The notes under the pieces were generated by a model, which was not told the origin of the DNA, made no database searches, and saw only the letters and a program-made list of their open reading frames with translations. From an uncultured Chloroflexia bacterium (GTDB lineage Bacteria; Chloroflexota; Limnocylindria; Limnocylindrales; CSP1-4), in NCBI GenBank assembly GCA_963749705.1, contig CAVVNQ010000003.1:384001-448000 (forward strand): a stretch of DNA of 64,000 nucleotides, given 5' to 3'. Shown one piece after another: positions 20,408-31,654 of the stretch. The position numbers and the translations under genes are program-made. Numbering within the stretch: position 1 is the stretch's first letter; every line of letters begins with the position of its first letter.

Positions 20408-22158
20408 TCCGCTAATCCCTTCTCGAGTGCGACCTGGATCATCTTGCGGTAGGTGGGTCCGGTGAAATGGAGCGTCTGTCCGGGGCCTGAGCTGCCCATG
20501 TCGTCCGGCTCGAGCTCGGCGTCGTGGACGTCGCCCAGGTAGACCTTGGGCACGGCCCGCTCGAGCTCGAGGCCCAGCCGGCGGAATTCGCCACGCGGAG
20601 CCAGCCGCGAGTAGTAGGCGATCGGCTGGTTGAGATACAGGACGGGGATGTCGCCGTTGGCCGCCCGGTACTGCTCGATCAGCCGGATGTGGATCTCGAG
20701 CGACTCCTCGAGCGACAGCTGGCCCACGGGCTCGAACTCGCGCTCGAAGGCTTCGCGGTCGCGGAGGTGCCTGGCATGGATCCACAGCTTCCAGCCCAGC
20801 TTGCGGTGACGCCACGCGGCGAAGTTCATGTCGGCGTAGTTGTCCATCACCAGCAGCCGTCCCGCCGTCTCGCCGAGCGTCGCTCGTTCGACCTGGCCCA
20901 GGGCGTAATGGCGGAGACTGCCCGTCATCGAGTCCACGTCCAGGTACCGGCGGATATCGTCGGTGGTCGGGGACCCGACCGAGAGGTGGTCGAGGAAGAA
21001 GTCCGTGCGCGCCTTCTCGTCGCGGACCATGACCGGGTTGCCGCCGAACAGGTCGCGGTTCATGTTGATCGCGCGGCGCGAGCAGCAATCGCCTCGCACA
21101 ACGATCCGCATCGGCTCTGCGGTCGGGTCGCCGGCTGCTGCCGCGGCGATCTCGTCCGGTGTCGCCTCGATGACGGTGGGCCGAGGGCTGAACGCCTCGC
21201 CAGAGAGCGCCCACCAGACCGGGTGGGCAAGCACCTGGAGGTAGCCGCCCTCGCGCCGGAACTGGTCGTCGATCCCGGCGTACGGCACGTTCCACTTGCC
21301 GCCGGTGTCGGAGAGGTAGAGCGTGTGACCGATCGCATTCGCCTCGTGGTCGAGCCCCAGGTCCGCCATCGGGACCGGAGCCAGTTGCAACTGACGGGTG
21401 GTGCGCGTCGATGGGTCGTTCCACTCCAGCAGGCGATCCGGTGGCCCGAGCTGCGGAGCCGGGCAGTCGGTGAACATCTCGTAGTTCACGTAGCCGACCA
21501 CGTGGCACAGCGGATCGCCGTGGGCGACGGTCCCGGTGATCTCGAACCCGTGCCGACGGAGCGCGCTGAGCACTCGGTCCAGGACTCGGACGGGATCCTG
21601 CCCGGTGCGCAGGGCGACGGTCAGTGCGTTGTTGTGGACGCCGATCTCGTGGCCGAGGGATGCGATGCGGTCCAGCGCCTGCAGCACGAACGGGGACGGC
21701 GACCCATCGGGCGCATCGCCCCAATACCAGTCTGAGTGAAGAACGTAGTAGGTGCTCCGCCAGCCCCTGGCCGCCTCCCACTCCGCGAATCGAACCGCAT
21801 TCTCAAGGTCGTGGTCCATGTCGTGTCGCAGGGCGATCATCCGTTCGCCCCAGTCGTCACGCCTTGCCCACGCCTCCCGGACCGGCAGCACGTCATCGGC
21901 CGTGCAGAGCAGGTCGGCGAGGCGCTCGAGATCACGCTCGCCGTACGTGCGCTTCCGAGCGAGCGCCGCTCGCTTGTCCGCGAGCAGCCGATCCGGTATG
22001 CCGAGCGTCCGCGACTGCGGCAGCCTCGCGGCGGTCGCCTCCACGAACCGGTCGATACGCCGGTTGACCGCCCTGAGGACGCGTCTGGCGAGTCGGTACA
22101 TGTCGCCCAGCGGTCGACGCAGCACCCCCGGAAGGCGCCTGGCCAGCGCGCGCATCAC
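20377..22158 (-). CDS. Two-domain protein: polysaccharide deacetylase-like plus SGNH-like domain
   Basis: LRHDMDH, GHEIGVH, AHG, YLSDTGG, LAHPVWW; second domain GDCCSR...LHF. Confidence 0.65.
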   Translation of the reverse strand: MMRALARRLPGVLRRPLGDMYRLARRVLRAVNRRIDRFVEATAARLPQSRTLGIPDRLLADKRAALARKRTYGERDLERLADLLCTADDVLPVREAWARRDDWGERMIALRHDMDHDLENAVRFAEWEAARGWRSTYYVLHSDWYWGDAPDGSPSPFVLQALDRIASLGHEIGVHNNALTVALRTGQDPVRVLDRVLSALRRHGFEITGTVAHGDPLCHVVGYVNYEMFTDCPAPQLGPPDRLLEWNDPSTRTTRQLQLAPVPMADLGLDHEANAIGHTLYLSDTGGKWNVPYAGIDDQFRREGGYLQVLAHPVWWALSGEAFSPRPTVIEATPDEIAAAAAGDPTAEPMRIVVRGDCCSRRAINMNRDLFGGNPVMVRDEKARTDFFLDHLSVGSPTTDDIRRYLDVDSMTGSLRHYALGQVERATLGETAGRLLVMDNYADMNFAAWRHRKLGWKLWIHARHLRDREAFEREFEPVGQLSLEESLEIHIRLIEQYRAANGDIPVLYLNQPIAYYSRLAPRGEFRRLGLELERAVPKVYLGDVHDAELEPDDMGSSGPGQTLHFTGPTYRKMIQVALEKGLADWLPARTTPN

Positions 22159-22168
22159 GGCATGATGC

Positions 22169-23008
22169 TCAGAGTCGAGGCCCCAGGGCCTCGGGCACGG
22201 CGGCCCGGGCTGCGGCGATCGCGGCCGCCCTCGCGGCCCGGTCGCGCTCACTGTGCTCCTCGTGGATCCTCACCACCTCCGCCGGATCCCCCTCGGCAAT
22301 GAGCTGACCCTTCTCCAGGAGCAGCGCACGATTGCAGAACTCGGTCACCCAGTTCATGTCGTGGGTCACCAGCACCACGGCCTTCGCCGCCGCAGCGATC
22401 TCGAGAACGCGAGCCTTGCTCTTGGCACGGAATGCCTGGTCTCCGGTGGCCAGGACCTCGTCGAGCAGCAGCACATCGGGGTCCACGGACGTGGCGATGC
22501 TGAAGCCCAGGCGGGCCCGCATCCCGGCCGAGTATGTCTTGATCGGCGCATCGATGAACTGGCCAAGGTCAGCGAATTCGATAACGCCTGGCAAGCGACG
22601 CGCCATCTCCCTCGAGTCCATTCCCAGGAACGCCCCGGCAAGGAGGATGTTCTGACGGCCGGTCAGCTCCTGGTCGAACCCGGCCCCCAGCGTCAGCAGG
22701 CTCGAGATCTGCCCACGAACGAACACGGAGCCGGCCGACGGCGTGATGATCCCGGCCAGCAGCTGCAGCAGCGTGCTCTTGCCGGCGCCGTTCGGGCCGA
22801 TGACGGCCAGCGACTCCCCATGCACGAGGTTGAACGACACGTCGCGGAGCGCCCAGAAGTCCCGAGCGCCGCGTTGCAGGCGGAGATTCCGGAATGACTG
22901 CCGAAGCGTGTTCCGGCGCGTCAGCCGCAGGTCGTACTTCACGCCGACGCCACGGGCTTCGATGGCCGGCAGCGGATCTGCCTGAGACGGAGGGGCGAGG
23001 GTGTTCAC
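22169..23008 (-). CDS. Polysaccharide ABC exporter ATPase (Wzt/TagH-like)
   Basis: FWALRDVSF, GPNGAGKST, YSAGMRARLGF, LLDEVLATGD. Confidence 0.93.
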   Translation of the reverse strand: MNTLAPPSQADPLPAIEARGVGVKYDLRLTRRNTLRQSFRNLRLQRGARDFWALRDVSFNLVHGESLAVIGPNGAGKSTLLQLLAGIITPSAGSVFVRGQISSLLTLGAGFDQELTGRQNILLAGAFLGMDSREMARRLPGVIEFADLGQFIDAPIKTYSAGMRARLGFSIATSVDPDVLLLDEVLATGDQAFRAKSKARVLEIAAAAKAVVLVTHDMNWVTEFCNRALLLEKGQLIAEGDPAEVVRIHEEHSERDRAARAAAIAAARAAVPEALGPRL

Positions 23009-23901
23009 AGGACCTTCGCGAAGGTGGGTTCGATCCGCTTGAAGAAGATCGTCGCGGCGATGAGGAGCACGAACGACACCACGAGCACGCCGGCCAGCGC
23101 GGACCAGTCCGGGGCCATCGGTGGCAGCGAGCCTCCGTTCGCGGTCTCCCTTCCGTAGATCACCTCGCGGTAGGCCGTGAACAGCGTGTAGAACGGGTTG
23201 AGCCCGATGAACCGGTACAGGGACGGGTGGGATTCCGCGAGGCTTGCGATCGTGAGCGAGCCGTACAGTCCGGGCGATAGGTAGAACCAGAGGCGCAGGA
23301 GGTGGCGACTCAGGTTGCCCACGTCCCGGTAGAACACGTTGACGGCAGCGACGACGTAACCCAGCGCGGCCGTGAACACGAGCTGGACGACGGCGATGGC
23401 CGGCACGAACAGGAGGTTGGCCGACAGCTTCTCCGGGTAGAACAGGACCATCAGGCCGAGCAGCGGGATCATCCCGAACGCGAAGTTGACGATGCCCGAG
23501 GCAAAGGCAGCGGTGGGCAGCACGAGCTTCGGAAAATGCACCTGCTTGATCAGTCGATCCTGCGCCGAGACCGAGGTGATCGCATCGCCGATCGAGCTCG
23601 TGAACCACTTCCATGGCAGGATCGCCGCGAACACGAACAGCGGGTATGCCTCGGTCTTCCGCTGGAAGATCACGGACACCAGGATCACGTAGACCAGCAT
23701 CTGGAGCAGCGGGTCGAGCACCCACCAGAGGTTGCCGAGGAGGCTGTCGGCGCCCTTCTTCTTGAGGTCAGCCTGGACCAGATAGCGGACCAGCTGGCGG
23801 CGGGACCAGAGCTCCGAGAATGCCTCTCGGATGAGCCCTGCGGGTCCCGGCCGGATGGCGCTGCTGCTGTACGTCGGGACGGCCCCGCGAGCGGTCGACA
23901 T
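23005..23901 (-). CDS. Polysaccharide ABC-2 exporter permease (Wzm/TagG-like)
   Basis: SLLGNLWWVLDPL, LIKQVHFP, VFYRDV, LNP; multiple TMs. Confidence 0.92.
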   Translation of the reverse strand: MSTARGAVPTYSSSAIRPGPAGLIREAFSELWSRRQLVRYLVQADLKKKGADSLLGNLWWVLDPLLQMLVYVILVSVIFQRKTEAYPLFVFAAILPWKWFTSSIGDAITSVSAQDRLIKQVHFPKLVLPTAAFASGIVNFAFGMIPLLGLMVLFYPEKLSANLLFVPAIAVVQLVFTAALGYVVAAVNVFYRDVGNLSRHLLRLWFYLSPGLYGSLTIASLAESHPSLYRFIGLNPFYTLFTAYREVIYGRETANGGSLPPMAPDWSALAGVLVVSFVLLIAATIFFKRIEPTFAKVL

Positions 23902-24031
23902 GACCGAGGTACGTTAGCACGGGGGGTGCCTCGAGCCTGTGCCCGGGCGCGAGGGCGCGGCTCCACCGCCTGCGTGTCGGACCGGCCCGCCTGTGAGCGG
24001 CTGCGGGAGCGCCCGGAGGTAGCATGCGGCC

Positions 24032-25996
24032 ATGCCTCCGCCGCCCACGCCCGACCCCTGGTATCGAACTGGGCGCTCCGGGCTGCACGTGCTCATTGCC
24101 ACACGCTGGTACCCGGCGTTCGATGCGCCCGGTCGTGGCATCTTCGTGGCCGACCAGGCAGCGGCGCTGGCGGCTGCTGGGATGAGGGTCAGCGTCGCGG
24201 CGTGGGAGGCTGCCGTCGGCCACGGCACGTTCGCGCGTGCCGTCGGCTCTGGTGCCGGGATGCGGCCGTGGCTGGACGCGATCGAGACCCGCGCGACGGC
24301 CGTCCCTCCCGCGGCGTGGGGAGCGGCAGGGGTTCCTGTTGCGCGCCTGCCCGCCGCGGTGGCGCCCGGGGCGCTGTCCGACCCTTTGGCGGCGGCCGAG
24401 CAACAGTCTGAGGTCCTCCTCCGCTATGGCCTGCGACTGGCCGCGAGGCAACCCATCGATGTGATCCACGCACATACCGGGATCCCGGACGGGATTGCCT
24501 CGATCGCGCTCGCGGACCGCCTCGGCGTCCCGCTCGTCGTGACCGAGCACGACCGATCGCTGCAGACGAGACTGAAGCAGGCGTCCATGCGCATCGCGTA
24601 CCGCCGCCTGCTCCAGCCCGGGCGCCGCCTCGTGGCCGTGAGCCACACCCTGCAGCGGCAGCTGGCGGAGGCGCTCAGCGTCCCCGTCGAGTGGATCGAG
24701 GTCGTGCCGAACGTCGTGGACGTCGAAACCTTCCGGGCGATCCCCGTCGACGCCCGTGATCCTGACGAGCTGCTGTGGGTCGGTGCGCGGAAGGAGAACA
24801 AGGGGACGGACGTCCTGCTGGCGGCGTTCCGCGACCTGCACCTCCGTGCGCCGGCGCTCCGCCTCCGGATGATCGGACGAGCCCCGAGCGAGGCGGAGGA
24901 GGCCCGCCTGCACGCGTTCGCCGAGACGCTAGGTGTCGCGGACGCGATCTCGTGGGAGCCGGACATGGACCGTGATGGTGTCGCCGCCGCGATGGGGCGC
25001 GCCGCGGTGTTCGTCCATCCAAGCCCGTACGAGACCTTCGGGGTGGTCGCCGCCGAGGCGCTGGCCGCCGGCCTGCCCGTCGCGGCGACGCCATCGGGCG
25101 GGGTTCCCGAGATCCTGGGTGATGACGGCCGGTGCGGCGCCGTCGCCACGGGGACGGACGCGGCAGCCCTCGCCGATGCCGTTCGCGACGTCCTCCGTCG
25201 CCGCATGACCTTCGACGCCGGTGCCCTGCGCGCCAGGGTGGTCGATCGATACGCTCCGGCATCCGTGGCGCAGCAGCTCATGGACGTCTACGCGGGCGTC
25301 CAGGTGGTCGCGGCTCCCGGATCCCCGAAAGCGCCGGGGACACCGAGATCGGCTGCAGCTCCCGACCCGGCACCGGCTGTCGACCCGTTGCCGTTGATCA
25401 TCGGGCTCCACCGTGCGTCAGCACGCCTGCGGGTCGGGGCCCTGCCGGCGGGGCTTGCCGCAGGGGTCCTGGCGGTCACGTCTCACGATCGCGCGCAGCC
25501 CGGATCCGCGCTGAGCAGCGTTGCTTGCTGGATCGAGATCGATGCCGAGCGCGAGTATCGGGACGCCCTGGCGCGCGTAGGTGGCGCCCGATCACCTGGC
25601 GCCGGCATCGCCCCGTCACCAGCGTCAGGCGGCGCCCGCATCCTCCGTGCGATCCGCAACCCACTCCGGGTAGCCCGTCGACGCGCCATCACATCCCGGC
25701 GCCAGGAGCTGACGCTGAACGCCGTGCGACCGGTGCTGCGCGAGGTTCTCGCCGGGCTCGCCTCGGACGGAAGGCTCGTCGAGGTCCTCCCTCTCGACCT
25801 GGACGACGCGATCGCGATCGAGCCGCTCCTGTCCGATCGCGTCCAGCTCTACCCGTCGACGATCAGGGGCCTTGCGGACCGGTGGGACGCCGCCGGCCGA
25901 CCGCGCGTCGCGCCACCACCATCTGACGTCCTCCGAGCCATCGCCACCGACGGGACCGACTCGCCACTACCGAGCGCCACGGGAGGTGCTGGGTGA
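24032..25996 (+). CDS. Glycosyltransferase family 4 with C-terminal extension
   Basis: HPSPYETFGVVAAEALAAGLPV; TAGCAT 6 nt before ATG. Confidence 0.85.
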   Translation: MPPPPTPDPWYRTGRSGLHVLIATRWYPAFDAPGRGIFVADQAAALAAAGMRVSVAAWEAAVGHGTFARAVGSGAGMRPWLDAIETRATAVPPAAWGAAGVPVARLPAAVAPGALSDPLAAAEQQSEVLLRYGLRLAARQPIDVIHAHTGIPDGIASIALADRLGVPLVVTEHDRSLQTRLKQASMRIAYRRLLQPGRRLVAVSHTLQRQLAEALSVPVEWIEVVPNVVDVETFRAIPVDARDPDELLWVGARKENKGTDVLLAAFRDLHLRAPALRLRMIGRAPSEAEEARLHAFAETLGVADAISWEPDMDRDGVAAAMGRAAVFVHPSPYETFGVVAAEALAAGLPVAATPSGGVPEILGDDGRCGAVATGTDAAALADAVRDVLRRRMTFDAGALRARVVDRYAPASVAQQLMDVYAGVQVVAAPGSPKAPGTPRSAAAPDPAPAVDPLPLIIGLHRASARLRVGALPAGLAAGVLAVTSHDRAQPGSALSSVACWIEIDAEREYRDALARVGGARSPGAGIAPSPASGGARILRAIRNPLRVARRRAITSRRQELTLNAVRPVLREVLAGLASDGRLVEVLPLDLDDAIAIEPLLSDRVQLYPSTIRGLADRWDAAGRPRVAPPPSDVLRAIATDGTDSPLPSATGGAG

Positions 25997-27219
25997 TGGT
26001 CCCGCCTCGACCCGTCGCCATGCTCGTCCATGCGTATTACGAGGAGGATCCCCGCGTCCGGCGCGAGGCCGAGGCCGTCGTCGCATCCGGCCGCGACGTC
26101 GACGTGTTCGCGCTCCGCGGCGAGGGCAGCACACGCGACGGGATGCTCGAGGGGGTCCGGATCCGACGCCTCGACGTCCAGCGCCACCAGGGCGCGGGGA
26201 TCGGGACCTACCTGGTCGAGTACGGCGAGTTCCTGGCCCGGGCGATGATCGCCCTGGCCGCGGCCCATCGCCGCCGCCACTACGCGCTCGTCCAGGTCCA
26301 CACCATCCCGGACGCGCTGGTGTTCGCGGCGCTCCCGGAGCGGCTGGCCGGGGTGCCGGTGGTGATCGATCTCCACGAGGCCATGCCGGAGTTCTTCCGG
26401 ATGCGCTTCCCGACGGCGTCGAACCCGGTCGTGCACGCCGCCCTGGTCGCCCAGGAGAAGCTGTCGATCGGGATGGCCAGCGCCGCGATCACGGTCAACG
26501 AGGCGCTCGGCGACCGCCTGATCGCGATGGGGGTGCCCGCGGCCAAGGTGACGATCGTCCGCAACAGCCCCGCGCTGACGCGGTTCGATCCGACGGCCCA
26601 CCCCGTGCGCCCGTTCATGGCCGACGGCGCGCTCCGGCTGGTGTACGCGGGGGCCCTGTCGCACGTGTACGAGCTCGATGTCGTGCTCGATGCGGTCGCC
26701 GCGATCGGGCGTCGCCGCCCCGAGCTCCCGGTCACGCTCGACCTCTACGGTCGCGACTTCGCCGAGGTCCCGCTGCACGACCAGGTGGCCGCGCTCGGTC
26801 TCGGTGACCGGGTGACGTTCCACGGCCGGATCGCGATCGAGGCGGTGCCCGCGGCCCTGGCCGCGGCGGACGTCGGGCTTGCCCCGACGCGCCGGACGGA
26901 GTTCACCGACTTCAGCCTGTCGACCAAGATCCACGAGTACGCCGCCATGGGCAAGCCGGTCGTGGCGTCGAGGCTGCCGATGGTCGAGCGCACGTTCGGC
27001 GCGGGGACCGTGATGTCCTACGCGCCGGGCGACGCGGATGATCTCGCCGCCGCGATCCTCGCCCTGGTCGACGACCCAGCGGACCGCGAGGCGCGGATCG
27101 AGGCGACCGGGAGGATCGTCACCGAGCTCGCCTGGGAGCGCGAATCGCTCCGGTACCTGGCGCTCGTCGAGCGGCTGGCTCGCGACGGCCGTCCGCCGGT
27201 CACGTCGCCGACCGGCTGA
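25993..27219 (+). CDS. Glycosyltransferase family 4
   Basis: DPRVRREA, DLHEAMPE, TKIHEYAAMGKPVV. Confidence 0.88.
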   Translation: MMVPPRPVAMLVHAYYEEDPRVRREAEAVVASGRDVDVFALRGEGSTRDGMLEGVRIRRLDVQRHQGAGIGTYLVEYGEFLARAMIALAAAHRRRHYALVQVHTIPDALVFAALPERLAGVPVVIDLHEAMPEFFRMRFPTASNPVVHAALVAQEKLSIGMASAAITVNEALGDRLIAMGVPAAKVTIVRNSPALTRFDPTAHPVRPFMADGALRLVYAGALSHVYELDVVLDAVAAIGRRRPELPVTLDLYGRDFAEVPLHDQVAALGLGDRVTFHGRIAIEAVPAALAAADVGLAPTRRTEFTDFSLSTKIHEYAAMGKPVVASRLPMVERTFGAGTVMSYAPGDADDLAAAILALVDDPADREARIEATGRIVTELAWERESLRYLALVERLARDGRPPVTSPTG

Positions 27220-27341
27220 ACCGGACCGGCAGGCATCGTCCGCCGGTTCGCGCGCGCGCATGCGGTACCATTGCCCGCCGCGCCGTCCGCACAACCGCCA
27301 CGTCGCAGAGACGGCCCCTGCACCGAGGATTCATCGACCTC

Positions 27342-29057
27342 ATGACGTTCCGCGCTCGTCCGGGCCCGACCCGGCCGCGCTCCTGGGATGACCGGGACCG
27401 TCGCAACCTCTACTACAACCTGGGCTTCGGCATCATCGTCATCATCGCCCTGCTGCTCCTGGCCCTGGCCGTCGGCAGCTCGTGGTACGGCGACCATCTC
27501 GCCGCCGCCGCCACGGTCAACGGCCAGACGATCACCAAGGACGACTACCAGAAGCAGCTCGCGATCAATGCGTTCCGGGTCGATTACCAGGGGCGCCGCA
27601 TCCGGACGCTGCTCACCGCGGGCCGCATCCGCACGGCCGACGCGCAGACGCGCCAGTCGATCCTCGACCAGCGGACGCAGCAGGCCAGCGCGATCGCGCT
27701 CGAGCAGCTGATCGACGGCAGGGTGATGGACAAGCTCGCGGCCGACAAGGGCGTCACCGTCACGGACGCCGATGTGGACGCGAAGCTGACCGAGGAAGCC
27801 ACGACCCCCGAGCTCCGGCACGCCTGGATGATCGCGGTCCAACCGACGCTTGCCGAGGGCGAGACCGAGCCCACCGATGCCGAGAAGGCCGCGGCCAGGG
27901 CAACCGCTGACGAGGCCCTGGCGAACCTCAAGGCCGGCGGCTCGTGGGACGACATCGCAAAGTCGGTGTCCACCGACGCGACCAAGGACCAGGCCGGCGA
28001 CATCGGCTTCATCGACAAGAACGCGAACCTCGACCGGTCCTTCGTCGATGCGCTCGAAGCCGTGGCCAAGGACACCCCGACCGACGTGATCGAAGGGTCC
28101 GACGGCATCTTCCGCATCGGGCAGGTCACCGAGATCGTGGCCCCTGTCGTGGACGCCACGCTCCAGGAGCAGGTCCAGAACGCGGGCATCAGCATCGCCG
28201 ACTTCCGCGCCGCGCTGCGTCGCGAGGTCGTGCGCCAGAAGCTGAGCGACGCCGTCCTCGCCCAGTATCTCGCCCCCGGACCCCAGCGCCAGGTCCAGGA
28301 GATCTACATGCAGGAGGGCCAGAGCGAGACCGGTCCGTCCGCGATCCGGGTCCGCCACATCCTGTACTCGCCCAACGGGGATCCGAACGCCGCCCAGACG
28401 CTGGCCGCGACCGACCCTGCCTGGGTCGATGCCCAGGCCAAGGCGGACGCGACCTACGAGAAGCTGAAGGCCAATCCGGACCTGTTCGACTCGATCGCGC
28501 GCGCGGAGAGCGACGAGGGCGCGGCGGCGACCACGGGCGGCAAGCTGCCCTACTTCTCGACCGACGACTCGATCAATTCCGCGTTCGCCGCCGCAATCTT
28601 TGCCCCCAACCTGCAGCCCGGGCAGCTGCTGCCGCCCGTTCGATCCGTGTTCGGCTGGCACGTCATCCAGGTGATGCACGGACCCACCGACATGGAGTGG
28701 GCAACCAAGCTCAAGGCGGAGGCCGAGGCCGGTGCCGACTTCGGGGTGCTGGCCCGGGACAACTCGGACAGGGCCGAGGCGGCGAAGGGTGGCGACATCG
28801 GCTGGGTCGGCAAGGGCCAGCTCCAGCAGGAGCTCGAGGACGCGATCTTCGCGACCAAGGTGGGCGGGATCAGCGACCCGGTCCAGATCGCGGGCGACGG
28901 GACCTACCTGTTCAAGGTCAACAAGGAGGAGACCCGCGCGCCGGACGCCGACCAGAAGGCGAACCTCGAGTCCTCGGCGTTCTCGATGTGGTACTCGAAG
29001 CAGAAGGCGGAGTTCGACATCACGCGCGATCCGTCCATCACCGCCGCCACGAACTGA
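27342..29057 (+). CDS. Membrane-anchored SurA/PrsA-like parvulin peptidyl-prolyl isomerase
   Basis: TM, AATVNGQTIT, several rotamase motifs (VRHIL, GGDIGW, FGWHVI). Confidence 0.88.
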   Translation: MTFRARPGPTRPRSWDDRDRRNLYYNLGFGIIVIIALLLLALAVGSSWYGDHLAAAATVNGQTITKDDYQKQLAINAFRVDYQGRRIRTLLTAGRIRTADAQTRQSILDQRTQQASAIALEQLIDGRVMDKLAADKGVTVTDADVDAKLTEEATTPELRHAWMIAVQPTLAEGETEPTDAEKAAARATADEALANLKAGGSWDDIAKSVSTDATKDQAGDIGFIDKNANLDRSFVDALEAVAKDTPTDVIEGSDGIFRIGQVTEIVAPVVDATLQEQVQNAGISIADFRAALRREVVRQKLSDAVLAQYLAPGPQRQVQEIYMQEGQSETGPSAIRVRHILYSPNGDPNAAQTLAATDPAWVDAQAKADATYEKLKANPDLFDSIARAESDEGAAATTGGKLPYFSTDDSINSAFAAAIFAPNLQPGQLLPPVRSVFGWHVIQVMHGPTDMEWATKLKAEAEAGADFGVLARDNSDRAEAAKGGDIGWVGKGQLQQELEDAIFATKVGGISDPVQIAGDGTYLFKVNKEETRAPDADQKANLESSAFSMWYSKQKAEFDITRDPSITAATN

Positions 29058-29078
29058 CGCATCGCGGGCGGCCGGACG

Positions 29079-30236
29079 ATGCTCGATGCGCTGCTCGCCG
29101 AGGCCCGGCTCCGATGGCGGCTCGACCCGGCCGACGGGCTGTCCGTGGTCGTCGCCGAGCGCCTGATCGCGACGCCCATCGAGCCTGCGAGGCCGGTGCT
29201 CATCGTCCCCGCGGCGCGGCTCCGGGCGGCAACCGAATCCTCGGAGGTGTCGCCGCTGCCGGGGCGGCATGGACCGAGAGGCCGCAACCCGCTCGAGGTG
29301 CTCCGGCGGCTGTATCCGCCCGATCACGCCGTCGGCCGGTTCGGCCTCGCCGGGGCGACGACGATCGGCGACCTGACGACGGCTGACCTGGACGAGCCGC
29401 TGTACCTCGCTCCGGTCGCGCCGGCCGCCGCCGTCGCGTCGCCGTGGGGGATGCCGTGGCTCTCGAACCGGCTCCGAGCGCCGGACGGCTGCCCGTGGGA
29501 CCGCGAGCAGACCCACCAATCGCTGCGCAACCACCTGCTCGAGGAGGCGTACGAGGTCTACGACGCCCTCGACGAGGGGGCCTCGCCGGAGCTCGCGTCG
29601 GAGCTCGGCGACCTGCTGCTCCAGGTCGTGCTCCACGCGCAGCTCGCCGCCGAGGCCGGGGTGTTCGACATGACCGACGTCTGGGCGGCCATCGCCGCCA
29701 AGATCGTCCACCGCCATCCGCACGTGTTCGGCGAGGCCGAGGTCCGGACCGCCGCTGACGTCAATCGCCAGTGGGAGCGGATCAAGGCCGCGGAACGCGC
29801 GGCGGCGGCCGGCGAGGCGGGCGCCGATGCCCCCAAAGGCGCGCTCGACGGCATCAGCCGGTCGCTGCCCGCGCTCGCGGCCAGCCAGGAGATGCAGGAA
29901 CGGGCCGCCAACCTCGGCTACGACTGGCCGTCGATCGACGGCGTGCTGGACAAGGTCCGCGAGGAGGTCGGCGAGCTGGTCGAGGCACCCGATGCCGCCG
30001 CCCGGGCCGAGGAGCTGGGCGACCTGCTGTTCGTGCTGGTCAACGTCGGACGCAAGACCGGGATCGAGGTCGAGGCGGCGCTGCGCTCGGCCAACGACAA
30101 GTTCCGCCGGCGGTTCCGGCACGTCGAGCGGTCCGCCGCGGCGCAGGGGGTCGCGCTCCGCGACCTCTCGTTCGACGAGCTGGACGCGCTCTGGGACGCC
30201 GCCAAGGCACACGAGCGCAGGGAGGCAACGACATGA
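29079..30236 (+). CDS. mazG: Nucleoside triphosphate pyrophosphohydrolase MazG with N-terminal extension
   Basis: [31 protein letters not shown]. Confidence 0.93.
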   Translation: MLDALLAEARLRWRLDPADGLSVVVAERLIATPIEPARPVLIVPAARLRAATESSEVSPLPGRHGPRGRNPLEVLRRLYPPDHAVGRFGLAGATTIGDLTTADLDEPLYLAPVAPAAAVASPWGMPWLSNRLRAPDGCPWDREQTHQSLRNHLLEEAYEVYDALDEGASPELASELGDLLLQVVLHAQLAAEAGVFDMTDVWAAIAAKIVHRHPHVFGEAEVRTAADVNRQWERIKAAERAAAAGEAGADAPKGALDGISRSLPALAASQEMQERAANLGYDWPSIDGVLDKVREEVGELVEAPDAAARAEELGDLLFVLVNVGRKTGIEVEAALRSANDKFRRRFRHVERSAAAQGVALRDLSFDELDALWDAAKAHERREATT

Positions 30237-30970
30237 GCATCGGGAATCGGCCCCAGGGCGTGCGAGCGGACGGTCGCGCACCCGGCGACCTGCGCAAGGT
30301 CGAGATCCAGCTGGGTGTCCAGAAGTGGGCCGAGGGCTCGTGCCTGATCCGCTTCGGGGACACGCAGGTGCTGTGCGCAGCCACGATCGAGGATCGCGTC
30401 CCGCCCCACCTGCGGGGCAAGGGCAGCGGCTGGGTGACCGGGACATACGAGATGCTGCCGCGGGCGACGGCCGAGCGATCCGAGCGCGAGTCGGCGCGCG
30501 GGCGCGTCGGCGGACGCACCCACGAGATCCAGCGGCTCGTCGGCCGGTCGCTCCGGGGCGTGGTCGACCTGGCTCACCTCGGCGAGCGGACGGTGACCGT
30601 GGACTGCGACGTGATCGTGGCCGATGGCGGCACCCGGACCGCGTCGATCACCGGCGGGTACGTCGCGCTTGCCGCGGCGCTGATCACCTACGGGATGGGT
30701 CGCCACCTGGTGGGTCACGTGGCGGCCGTCAGCGTCGGGATCATCGAAGGCGTCAAGTACCTGGACCTCGACTATTCCGAGGACTCCCGCGCCGAGGTCG
30801 ACTTCAACGTCGTGGGCACCGACGCGGGCGCCTACGTCGAGCTCCAGGGCACGGCCGAGGGCAAGCCGTTCGACCGCGCGTCGCTGGACGAGCTGCTGGA
30901 CCTCGCGAACGTCGGCCTCGGCCGCCTGTTCGAGGCGCAGACCGCGGCCCTGGCCACGGTCCGCCGCTAG
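30233..30970 (+). CDS. rph: Ribonuclease PH
   Basis: [42 protein letters not shown]. Confidence 0.97.
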   Translation: MSIGNRPQGVRADGRAPGDLRKVEIQLGVQKWAEGSCLIRFGDTQVLCAATIEDRVPPHLRGKGSGWVTGTYEMLPRATAERSERESARGRVGGRTHEIQRLVGRSLRGVVDLAHLGERTVTVDCDVIVADGGTRTASITGGYVALAAALITYGMGRHLVGHVAAVSVGIIEGVKYLDLDYSEDSRAEVDFNVVGTDAGAYVELQGTAEGKPFDRASLDELLDLANVGLGRLFEAQTAALATVRR

Positions 30971-30979
30971 GTCTCGGCC

Positions 30980-31621
30980 GTGGCGTCCCACCCGCGCCGC
31001 CTGCTGATCGCGACCCGCTCGCGGCACAAGCTGCGCGAGCTGCGGGAGCTGCTCGAGGTGCCCACGGGCGTGGAGCTCGTCTCGCCCGATGACGTCGGCA
31101 TCCCGGACGAGCCGGAGGAGACCGGCGAGACGTTCGAGACCAACGCCCGGCTCAAGGCCCGGTTCTATGCGCGCCGCTCCGGCCTGCCGACCCTCGCCGA
31201 CGACTCCGGGCTGGAGGTCGACGCGCTGGGTGGCGGGCCGGGCGTCCGGACCCGGCGATACTCCGGACCCGACGCCACTGACGAGACCAACAACGCCAAG
31301 CTGCTCCAGGAGCTGGCGGGGCGGCCGCCGGTGGAGCGTGGCGCCCGGTACGTGTGTGTCCTCGCCCTTGCCCTGCCCGACGAGACCGGGCCGCGCGGCG
31401 GGCTGGGCACCGTGACCAGGCGCGGCACCTGCCGCGGCCGGATCGCACTGGCGCCGCAGGGGACCGGCGGCTTCGGCTACGACCCGATCTTCGAGCCGTG
31501 GTCCGAGCCGCCGGGCGGGCAGACGCTCGGCCAGTGGTCCGCGGCGGCGAAGAACGCGATCTCGCACCGCTCGCGCGCCGCGGCCCGGATGGCGCCGGTG
31601 CTCCGCGAGCTGGGGCTGTAG
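30980..31621 (+). CDS. rdgB: Non-canonical purine NTP pyrophosphatase (RdgB/Ham1)
   Basis: ADDSGLEVDAL, GFGYDPIF, KNAISHR. Confidence 0.95.
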   Translation: MASHPRRLLIATRSRHKLRELRELLEVPTGVELVSPDDVGIPDEPEETGETFETNARLKARFYARRSGLPTLADDSGLEVDALGGGPGVRTRRYSGPDATDETNNAKLLQELAGRPPVERGARYVCVLALALPDETGPRGGLGTVTRRGTCRGRIALAPQGTGGFGYDPIFEPWSEPPGGQTLGQWSAAAKNAISHRSRAAARMAPVLRELGL

Positions 31622-31654
31622 GCGGTTTCCGGCAGCCGGCTGCGGGCGGCGGTC

